Source: Balanoglossus misakiensis
Taxonomy: Eukaryota > Animalia > Hemichordata
Length of the DNA stretch: 64,000 nt
Assembly (NCBI GenBank): GCA_040954595.2
Contig: CM082578.2
Span: forward strand, 14,538,304-14,602,303
Direction: 5' to 3'
Shown here: positions 43,346 through 54,440 of the stretch, one piece after another
Layout: every line of letters starts with the position of its first letter
Numbering within the stretch: the first letter of the stretch is position 1
Translations under genes and position numbers: made by a program
Notes under the pieces: generated by a model
What the model was told of the DNA's origin: nothing
The model's database searches: none
Seen by the model: the letters and a program-made list of their open reading frames with translations, nothing else

Positions 43346-43629
43346 TCGTGGCTCTGTTTCGCGAGAATGAAGATATCAAGAAGACTAGTGCCCGTTAGGA
43401 GTTTTCAAGCAAGATGCCGAGTCTTAACAGGCAAGTGATACAGAAATTAAATTATTTTCTTGATTTTAGTTCAAACTAAGTCTGTTTCATTTTTCCATTG
43501 ATTCTGACTGGTACCGGTACCCAGTTCGGCGAACCGATTTCGCAAAAAGCACGCAGTAAGTAATAATATCGATGCTTTATGTGGATGTCATTTCAGTGTT
43601 TTAAAACCAACATGACCACTCGGTGCATT

Positions 43630-43700
43630 GGATGATGTCATGGATGTGCCATGGATGTGCCATGGATGTGCCATGGATGATGCCATGGATGATGCCAAGA
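43630..43700. repeat. 11-12-bp GCCATGGATG(A)T tandem repeat
   Basis: About 6 copies, expanded from a motif that is single-copy in the sister modules at ~42709 and ~44681. Confidence 0.85.
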
Positions 43701-46700
43701 TGATTGCCAGCCATCGCCAGTATGGTGGATGCCCAAACATTACTTACTGTATGGCGTGGGAAGGCAGGAATTGTGTGGGGACATCCGTCTGAATTCAACA
43801 TGTGATCAGCTGTAAAGTTTGTAAATTCCATAAAACCAACCATTCTGGGTCTGCCCGGATGTTTTCTCGTCCTGTCCACATATCTCAAAACACATCTACA
43901 TAACTGAACGTGCACAGGGAATGGTGGTCATGTGTTCATGAACTCTCTATTAAGCCTAGTACAATAATAATCGTATTTGGACAATTCTTTGTTGTTTGAT
44001 GCAGTAAAATTAACCAAGTTTACCAAGCTTGTTTTCAGATCAAACGACCTGATGAGCTGATGATGGTGTCTGGTTTCTGAGGCCAAAGTGACTTGCTCAT
44101 TCCATGGCTGAGTTGAAGACTCCGGGTTTTCAGGCGTAACAAGTAAGCCCCATTAACGATTTCCATGTATGTAGTTGCAAACTTTGGGATTTTTCACTGT
44201 GGCTCTTTTGAAGATTCCTGTTCGATTCTGACTGGTGTCGGTACCCAGCTCATCAAACCACTTTTGCACAAGTCTGCAGCATGTTCATCAGTTTAGAATG
44301 CTTCCAAATGTTGTTGTTGTTGTTGTTGTGTACCTGTGTTTTAAGTTTTATATTCCAGCCATGCAACTGTAGCCGAATGGGGTAAGCGACACTGTATGTT
44401 CCATGGCTGAGTGAAGACGGTGTGGATGCTGAGGTTTCAAGAAAGACGTCCAGTCTAAACAGGCAAGTGACGTAGAAATTAAAACACCAGTAGCCAATTA
44501 TTTTCATGGTTTAATTCAAACTAAGTTCCATTGCGGCCATTCTCATCATTTCCCTTCGAATCTGACTGGTGTTGTAACCCAGTTCAGCGATCCGGATTTG
44601 GAGAAACCTGTATAGTGACAATATAGGTGCTATATCAGCATGTCATTTTATTTACACGCTTTAAGTTTATTTCAGGGGCCCCATGGATGATGCTAAGATG
44701 ATTGCCAGCCAGTATGGTGGATGCCCAAACATCACTGAATGGTGTGGGAAGGTAAGAATTGTAGGAAAAGAAAGTGACCCATTGTGGGATATGGATAGGT
44801 TGTGGGGATGTCCGTCTGAATTCAACATGTGATCAGCTATAAAGTTTATAAATGCCATGTAAACAAACTCTGGATGTTTTCTTGTCCTGTCCAGATGTCT
44901 CAAAACATCTACTTGTCCACGGGGTTGCAAGGAATACTGCCATTTGTCCATAATGTCCAGGAGCCTGTCAGTTTAGCTTAGTACAATTACAAACTTGCAT
45001 GTTGCCAAATTGAGAGTGACATTCCAAGCAACCATACAGGCATGTACCATCTGAACAACAGTTGGGTATGGGGTGATCATGAGTTGAAATTGATTTCTAT
45101 ATTTGCTTGTTTTGCAGATGCAGAGACCAGTTGAACTGATAATGGTATCTATAGCAACCGAGCTGAGGCCCAAGTGACAAGTTGTTCATTACACGGCTGA
45201 GCGACGACCAGAGGTTTTAGGGAAGGTTTATCGCGTTAGCCCCAGTAAAAAATGATTTCCATTATTGTAGTTAATTGCAAACTAAGGCTTTTTCATTGTG
45301 GTCCTTTTGAAGATTTTTGTTCGATTCTGACTGGTGCCGGTATCCAGTTCAGTTTTGCTCGCGGATTGTTTGTCATTTTGAGTCTTGCACATTTTTGTAG
45401 TCTACATATTACTGTTTCAAAATTTTGGGATTTTAATTGCTATGAGAAATTATTTAAGCTTTTTGTCGCTGGACACAATTTTTAAATTCAAAGACGAATT
45501 TAATGTCAACGTCCATTACTTTCACAAGTTCCAGTATCTTAAAACTTTAAAACTTCAATTTTCAATTAAACAGCATAAAATGGAACTCTATCCATTCGTT
45601 AACTCGTGTTTGTATCATTTTATTCAACCAACACTGGCCGGACGTCGAGATGATGGAAAAAATTGGGCACTTGATTTGAAAACAAAATCTGTTTCATTGA
45701 CCCTCATCAAAAAGCACTAGGTTTGCACCATTTGTAAATGCTGACATGTGTCAAATGTCTTCAAAATTTTGGCAAACGAATTCTGTTCCCTCAATTAGCC
45801 ATACCAACCATGACCTTGAACTGTGCCTTCTACTAAATGCTGAGGTGAAAGGTCACCTGTACACGTGGAAAGAAATTGCCTATATTATGAACCAGGTATG
45901 TTTTCTAAAGTTGCTGAAAACTTATCCAGTAGTTCAATAGTTGCTACAAAATCCAAAGTCCGCTGCCTCATTGAGCTTGTACCAAGTAAACAAAGTATGT
46001 ATACACAGTGCAGAAGGTAAGATGGCCTAATTTCAAAACAATTGTTAAATCTGTAAATGAGGCATCAGTTTGCATATTGTGCACCCAAGTGATCAAAAGC
46101 CTGCAGAATTTAGTCTGTTTAAGATTTGCTCTTGTTGCCAAAACTAGGCATGTTCATATGCTATTTTTGTCAAAGTTTAGATGTAGCAATACCACAGTAT
46201 GACAAGTTATGGTATGAACGGCACAATACCGCGACACTTCGTCAGAGCCCTGAAGAACTAAAACGCCGCCATTTTGAATCGGCGGAAGCACAGGGAAATA
46301 GCATAAAGCAAATCTAAAACTATTTAATGCATTGCGATAAAAATATTTTATCCCCTGTAAATCCATTTTATGTCAAAAAAGCACAACATTAAGCTTTCTG
46401 AGTGGCCTGCTGGAACACCATTTGGATCATCCGATTGCTGATAACGGAGTTCTACGCCGCCAAGTTAAAATATGAGATTACTTTGGGTATTTATCCCGAT
46501 AATTGAAGACGTGTCTAATTTATTCGGAAGTGGTTCTGATTATTAGCAAGGTGGTTGACTTTTGATTCATCTTGAGCATATATACTACATATATACTGTC
46601 GGTGCAGTCTTTTTGTGGAACATTTACGGTTTAATTGAATCTAGGCTGAGAGACCAATTCTAACGCTTCGGACCGTTAGTTACAGAGTCGTTCACTACGA

Positions 46701-47462
46701 TCGCTCCCAAACACTCCCAATAAACAAGCAAACATTAAGTTAATCAGAATCACTGGCCCAGCTGCGTTTGCCACATGACACTATAGGAATGCTGTTCTCT
46801 GAAGAGGAGCTATTTCTGGATAATTCGTCAGTTTGAAATGAATTTGGCATCCGATAAGACATGGTATTTACCTCACATCTATTGAATTCCTAAAATGCTC
46901 AAGAATCTCTGTAAACAGCATCGTCCGCTCGAACGGGTCGTTGGAAAACAATTTTCCTTGTGTGATTTTTACACTAGGAAAACACACCTATACAAATTTG
47001 GATGACCTGGTTCGGTGTCACTGCATTGAGGACATTACCGGTTACAGACCGGTAGTTAGGCTACGTTCAAGGAGGTCTGTGGAAATGCTAATTTATTCTT
47101 CCTTCATCGGTCACGTTCGAACAATTTATCAAAGTTGAAGTAGGACAGCCCTGTGTAGGGGAATTTGAGGGGTTTTAAACAATGCGTAATGTCTTTGTTG
47201 TACTTTGGAACGACCGAGTTCTCCACTGGGCTGTATTAGCCTTTTGGCGACGTGCACGTCAATCATATATATGTATCCTGCTTAATGATTAACTATGCTC
47301 TCTCCCGATACAATAAGCATTGTTAGGGAAACTGTCAAACTGAACATATTAATATATTTTTATGTTAATGGGAAACGCCATACATCCCGTTCAGCTATCT
47401 ATATCATTCACGCTTAGCATATAAGGGAATTAACCACTGTGAATCTTCATTTGATCACCAAC

Positions 47463-50400
47463 ATGGCATTGCTAAACAACTGTCTGGTTTTCTTGCTGGC
47501 CTGGAGTGTGGTCAAGATGGCTGCGGCGAATCGCAATTCGGTTATCCTGACAGACAATGTTTATTCTACTGTCTTGATTGCAATCAATGAAAATGTACCG
47601 GAAAATCGAAGTTTGGTGGACAATATCAAGGTAAAGTACTCGGAGAAAAGTACGCTACGCCCTGTTGCATTTGTTTTGTGATTTTTTCGAGATAAGTTTT
47701 CTAAGACATGATAGATATACACTGGAAGAAATACCATCATTGTTGGAGAACATTTCCGCAACGATTCTGTGCTGTTGTTTTTCATGGGGAGACTGGAAAG
47801 TGCTTCGGCTGTGGTTGTCGTCTCTGATTATTCAACAACTGTAGGTGACAGTTGTCGGTAAAGTTTTACTTGTTGTCGACAATATCGAAATTGGCGCGAA
47901 TGTCTTCGTTGTTTTTTTTCGGCCATAGATTAAAGACAATTGTCGGGGTCCCCAGCGGCCGTCCGTACCCACCGCTTTATTACTGATGGCTTCTTCTCTA
48001 ACAGGATATATTTACCGAGGCTTCAGCACGTCTGTACGAAGCAACCAATCAGCGGGCCAGCTTTGGTGACATCACCATTCTAATACCGAAGACTTGGAGC
48101 GACAATATTACATCACTGAGGGCTAAAACGGAAATATACGACAATGCCAATGTCATTGTTGACCATGAACATCCAGATTATGGCGACATCCCGTACACGA
48201 AGCAACCTTATGGGTGTGGAAGAAAGGCAGAATACATGCATTTGACTCCAAGGTGGATAGTGGACCGAGAATATTCCCAGACATACTTTGGTGACTCAGG
48301 TAATTGCAATGTAGTAACAAGTCGAATGAATATTTGCAAATGTCAATTTAGACCAATAAACCATTTTGCGAGCTTAGTTGTTTTGGCTAATTCGAAATCA
48401 CTTCTTGCGAACACAGCTTGTAATCATTGTACACCGTAATTATAAGACGAAGAAGACAACTGAAAACCATCATGATAGACGTGGTAGCCTCCAAATGTTT
48501 CTATCCCCAAATTTATTCTTGTTATTTATATTCATTTGGGTGACCGATATCGTGTTTCTGGTTCTTTTTTGTCTGTCTTGTTTTTATTTAAAAAATAAAA
48601 TACAGAACTTAAACGTAAATTTTAGGGTTTTAGAGACTTGACGACACGAGACAGAAAACCACATGATACGTATGTGTGCACGTTAAAAACGTTATTCATT
48701 CGATGATGTCGTACAATATTACAAATATTCTGGTATGCATAGTCGACCATCATCAACAGTCTGAAATGATTGTCAATGTCTTTTTTCAATACACTAATGC
48801 AGGTAAAGTTATCGTTCACGAGTGGGGTCATCTACAATGGGGCCTCTTTGATGAATATCCAACGGAAGTTGACGAGCAGTTCTATGTAGACCCAAATGGC
48901 CGGGTCGAACCATCCAGGTGTTCTCTATCTATCACTGGTGTGTCTGGTGACCTAAACAACAGAGGGAAACCTTGCAACACTGATCCCGATTCTGGAATAA
49001 TACCAGACCCTGGCTGTTTGTTTGTCCCAGATGAAGACAATGTTGGCACAGGATCTTACATGTATGCAAACTATCTTGACAGTGTAAGTGTTTATATTCA
49101 TTGTGGATGTATTATAAAATGACAAAATATACAAACATAACACGATTCACTGCAATCTCTATTGACAATATATGTATGCCCTGCCATACGGTTGTTGTTA
49201 AGTGTTTGGCTGAAATCTATCATCAATATGTTCAAGACTCAAATTCCCTTTGCAGGTGGTTGCGTTCTGTCATGATGACCCGGATGCTGACGTGAATTCC
49301 AAGCACAATCCTTTGGCTCTGAATAAACATAACGAACAATGCGGCTACAGAAGTGCGTGGACTGTTATGAATTCCTCAGAAGACTTTAACGGGACAAACC
49401 CACCACAGCCAAACATGGATACCCGGCCAATATTTACAGTGGTCAGAGAAACTGAATTTCGAACAGTTTTGGTTCTTGATTTGTCCAACAGTATGGTAAC
49501 TGTAAGTAGGCCTAAGTTTGTATGGCTGTCATGGCCGATGCCTTACAACACAACATCAATAATTGTATTACAGACGATATAAAACACGCGAATTCAATTC
49601 ATTTGCTGCTGTTCTATACATATACCAGAACTTTGCCTTGAGTATATTCATTGATATACATGTATATATATTATGGAAATTTGCGGGGCATCACTAAAGA
49701 AAGGTCTTCACAGCAAACAGTGAAATATGACAATACTTTAAGCTGAATAATTGTAAATATCTTCATGTATGCATAATAATGAAAAGGTAAAACAAAGTAT
49801 GTCTATATATTTTATTACGCTCTTGTTCGTATTACAGAATGACCGGGTATACGAACAACAACAGGCTGCCGCTTTATACATCGGCTCGACTCTTCCAAAC
49901 AACAGTTGGGTTGGCATTGTTGAGTTTAGTGATACTGGAAGGGAAATAGCACCTCTGACACAGATTGTAGATGACCAAAGTCGGCAGGATCTGATCGACT
50001 TGATACCAACAGCTTTAACATATGCTACTTGCATTGGGTGCGGACTGCTGACTGGAATAGAGGTAAATATATCATCGAATGTGGATGTACGCAAATTCTA
50101 TCTCCCCTCTCTATTCCACTCACACGCACACATGCACATTCTCAATATATGTTTTATTTATTTGCTCTATTATTTGATTAATTACAGGGTAATATAATTT
50201 TCTCAGATATAACCGTGGACCACGCGTAGGTAAACTTGAATTAACAGTATTTCATGTAATATCACCCTTCTATTGAAAAGGTTCTTGAAAACAGCCAATT
50301 CGGTGACGCTGCCGGTGGAATCCTGTTCCTCACAACAGATGGCGAGGAAACTACGGCACCTTGGATCAGTGACGTCACTCCTGAATTGATAGCTAAAGAA

Positions 50401-52954
50401 GTTATCGTCGACACACTGGCATTTAGTAGTGCCGCCGACCCTGCATTAGTTCAGTTGTCAGAAGACACAGGAGGGATAGCGTGTTGGTATTCAGAGAGTG
50501 ACGATTCTACAGCTGTTAACGACTGCTTCACTGCTTCAGTTACAGAAAGGACAGGTACTAGTCAAGATACCCCTGTCCAGGTAATGAAATTTCACTTGTT
50601 ATAATGGCAGGTGATTTCACCTACTATAATGGCGCCAATTACGCTATAATGGCAGATATCCAACCATGGTCCGAATCCACTGATCGGACCGTGGGTAACT
50701 CACCTCGAACACCCATACCCAGTTCAGTATACATTATCAAGATTAATCCCATCTCTGAACGACGTTAGAGACTGACCATTTATTATCATTAACACTTGAA
50801 TGTTCATATGTTTCAGCTCACAAGTTCCATTGTGAATATTGCAGCAAATGGCGACTCTTTCGATGTTGCGTACATTGACTCAACAATTGGAAAAGATACA
50901 ACGTTTTCATTCTTTTGGGAGTTCGGGAAAACAACAATCGTTGTTACAGTGACATCACCTGACGGTACTGTGATTGACAGTAGCGATAGCCAATATCACA
51001 TCGATGCCAGTACTTCCACTATCATTGTCAAAGTGGATGGAATCGCAGAGGTGTGTTGAGAATATAATTATACGAATGCACATTGTACTTGTATGTATGT
51101 ATGTATGTATGTATGTATGTATGTATGTATGTATGTATGTATGGGATGGTTGTATGGGATGGATGGATGGATGGATGGACGGACGGATGGATGGATGGAT
51201 CAAAAGGTCCTTCACCAATTGATATGCATGCATCATTTGTCGTTCTTACAGACTGGAGGCTGGACCTATACAATTCACAACCCAGACAGCACAGCTCAGG
51301 CAATAGAGATATCAATCACATCTAAAGCAAAGGATTCGTCAGCTAGCCCAATCAGACTAAGTTCTGTACCAGGTACAACTTCTGTAACTGTATCTCCACC
51401 AATGGTACCCATCTATGCTGATCTTAACCAAGGACATAGTCCTGTGCTAAACGCCGTAGTTATCGCCACCATAGAAAGACCCAGTCCTCACAGCAGTGTG
51501 GACCTACAACTATTCGACACAGGAACAGGTGAGATGGTCAAAAAAAAATTGCAGAGTCATTGTAAACGTATAGCACCAATATAATGTATAGATTTCACGA
51601 TATTTCATAACCTTCTCCTTAATGTACGTATTTGTTTCAGGTGCTGACGTCACAAAAAACGACGGAGTTTATTCTGCCTACTTCATTGACTTCGTAGAGG
51701 CCACATGTACTAACGAGTGCCGGTATAATATTCAAACGATGGCAAATGATACGGATGGTATCGCTGAGATCAAAATCACTGGACATGTAGGTGCCATGCC
51801 AAGAAACTATTGTAAGTAAAGCCTTCACGTTTGCAGAAAGCTTAGTTTAACATTTTACTGGATAAACTCTATAGATGAGAGATGAGAGCAATCACTTTGG
51901 TTATGTTAACTATTTTAGTATTGATTAGTATCTCTATTTGTTATCCACGTAATTCATTTTGACTTCAGTATTTTTGCTGAGGAAAAATTCATCCACAACT
52001 AAGAACACACATTATTTCCACAGCTGTTATACCAAAGGAAACCGAAGGAACGCCGATCGGTGCTTTTAATAGAGTGGCGTCGGGTGGAGTCATACAAGTG
52101 GATGACAGTGTCACCTATGTTGATTGGAGTGACCCAAATGATGATCAGTTTCCTCCATCTCGCATCGCTGATCTACAAGTGGTTGCCACTTCTGTTGACA
52201 ATGCCACGGTTACATTGACATGGACTGCAACAGGCGATGACCTTGACGTTGGAACAGGTATGTGCATCTCGCTGTCACGCCTGTAAGCCAATTCCGCAAA
52301 AATCCACGATGGGTCAATTGTTCAAGGGAATGAGGCGTATTTGAATCTGTGATTAGGTCAAATATCTAATTCACTTTGATTTCCTTTACAGCATCCGTAT
52401 CTGACCTCCGCTACGACACTCAGTTTGAAGCTCTCGCCTACAATTTTGAAACCTGTTCCCAATTCACAAATGATAACCTGACAGAAGGAAATCTCACAGA
52501 CCCTCTCCCAAGCGGTCAACAGGAATTGGTGACTGTAATACTGCCATCTAGCGGTCCAGGCGTCACATATTATTTCGCTATTCGAGCCATAGATAATGCA
52601 GACAATGCCGGACAGACTTCGTTCATCGCACAGACCACTATCACCGCTGCACCACCCGCCGAAACCACAACGCAATTGCCACCGACTACAAGTACTGAAC
52701 TCACAACGATCGTCACAACAGACGCCTATGCTGAAATAGGTGGTCTGGAACCATGGGAAATTTTTCTGATCGTATTAGCATCATGTGCCTGTCTGTTGAT
52801 GACAGTTGGAGTGGTGGCTGGTGCATACCTTTATTGCAAGAAGGTCAAAAGTCGGGCCAAAGTACACGACAAGCTTAGCCATGACGTATGTACTACTGAC
52901 GTAGAGATGAATCACACAAGCAGGCCAGAAGGAGACAAAACTGTGTCTGAATGA
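47463..52954 (+). CDS. CLCA: CLCA-like protein, copy B; 11 exons
   Basis: Approximate exons 47463-47630, 48005-48299, 48803-49083, 49256-49501, 49838-50062, 50281-50580, 50817-51050, 51253-51528, 51641-51811, 52024-52257 and 52392-52954. Same exon structure as copy A; HEWGHLQWGLFDEY, DLSNS MIDAS and C-terminal TM. Confidence 0.94.
51090..51200. repeat. Compound (TATG)n/(TGGA)n microsatellite
   Basis: Directly visible in CLCA-B intron 7. Confidence 0.95.
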
Positions 52955-54440
52955 TATGCAAAGACAGTAGCAACCAAAGCTTTTTACAGGTTGGATAAGT
53001 TATACTAGTTTACTGTGGAACTATTAGACGATTTATTTGAATGAATGTCTATATGTGGTCTGAGCCTGGTACAGGGTTTACTTATCAGGCTATGCATTTA
53101 CAGAAATCAATAAGGGGGATACCTTTATCAGAGACACCTTGCTATTTATTATGTCAATATCGATCCATTCACATTAGAATTGCTGACCAAACCTGTCACA
53201 CCACATATACGTAGAAACTCCACATAGTGATCGTTGTACAAGTAAATTTATATCAAACAAAAAAAAACATGTGGATACAAAATCAGTTTCAACTATCATT
53301 ATCTTTCAAAGTGAGTTAATTATACTAGGTCCGACAAAAGTCAAAATGTTGGCCTAAATTATAAAAGGGTTCATCTTAGACCTCTGCTGAGTAGTGTCAC
53401 CAGGTGTTCGGAATGGGTTGGGCACGAAAGTAGCACTTAGTGATGTCAGCAATCCTTGCATATTTTTGCTCCGTTTCTATCAAATTCCTGACAACAAGTT
53501 GACTAAATGCTGTGCATGGCACGTTCTGGATAAGTTTCCCTAAACCGTTTAGAAGAATATAATGTGTTCTGTTCAACGCAATTGTAATTGGAGCACTCTG
53601 TGTATTTTCAAAATTTGCATTTTGAATGTTTACTTATTTTATTTAACTTCCTGGCATACGTTATCATTTAGAATTATGATATAATAAACATTACCACGAG
53701 ATATATAGGGCGTTCTCACTGGCACGTTATATAGTTTCTAACGCTGGTTTCATCTTGTCGCATGCTGTATTAAGGACGGCCAATAAGTCTATCATCTTAT
53801 CGGATGCTTTGCCATTTATGTTGCAACACAGCTATTGCGACACTTTTCTGGTCCACATCAAACATAACAAAGCTCAAAATAATTATAACGGTTGCGAAGA
53901 TAACTATCATTCGAAAGAATCAATAGTCTGACAAATGTAAGATTGATTTGATTTTGATGTACCTAATCGCATGCTTACATGCACTCAATCATCAAGGGTC
54001 ACTCGACATATTGCGGCTGCACATTCCTGGGCGTTGTCAAGGAAGTAGGGAGATTCACAACAAAAACATCCCACATATCGTCATGGAAACGAGTGTTGTC
54101 ACCGACACCTGCAGACGCTGAGGATTCAAAGAAAATTGGTCATGCTGTTTCCTTATGTTCTACTTTGGTCGAAATGCAATTAAACTACGTACTTCGTGCA
54201 TTTTATCAAAATTATAAAAGAACTAACAGGATCTTACTTTAAAATGTAAATGTCGATGTTGAATATAAATATTTATTATATTTATCATTTGGTTGCAGGA
54301 TAACGTCACCTCATTCTGCGTGAAATAATCTTTGAATCTACAGTCCGACACCAACAGTGGTTCTCTGCCCCAATCACGTGACTGCATGACGTCTTCCTTT
54401 TTTATCCGGCACGACATGCTATTACCATTCCAGTCGGAAT

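Larger units (their letters stand above)
40230..45360 (+). ncRNA. Candidate spliced non-coding transcript or modular repeat locus
   Basis: CTGATTGGT (reverse CCAAT) at ~40237, donor GCG|GTAAGT at 40412 and acceptor TTTTTTTCACAG at 41073. Repeated exon-like units contain 'ttccatggctgagtgaagac' and end in GT or GC donors. No credible ORF. Confidence 0.35.

Noticed and set aside
41768-43398. ORF-track proteins over the 89-bp arrays (MHLRPDTPRP...)
   Set aside because: These are by-products of tandem repeats. A period of 89 shifts the frame each unit.
44049-44083. C/D-box-like CCTGATGA...CTGAGG
   Set aside because: Only ~35 nt long, lies in an exon-like unit, and the C box is not kept in the sister copy at ~45125.
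39960-46680. A single TIR- or LTR-bounded transposon spanning the CLCA-A/B spacer
   Set aside because: I could not find matching termini, a target-site duplication or a transposase/RT remnant by eye. Not excluded, but unsupported.
50955-51325. ORFs with YVCM/HTYI/IHPS repeats
   Set aside because: Translations of the (TATG)n/(TGGA)n microsatellite.
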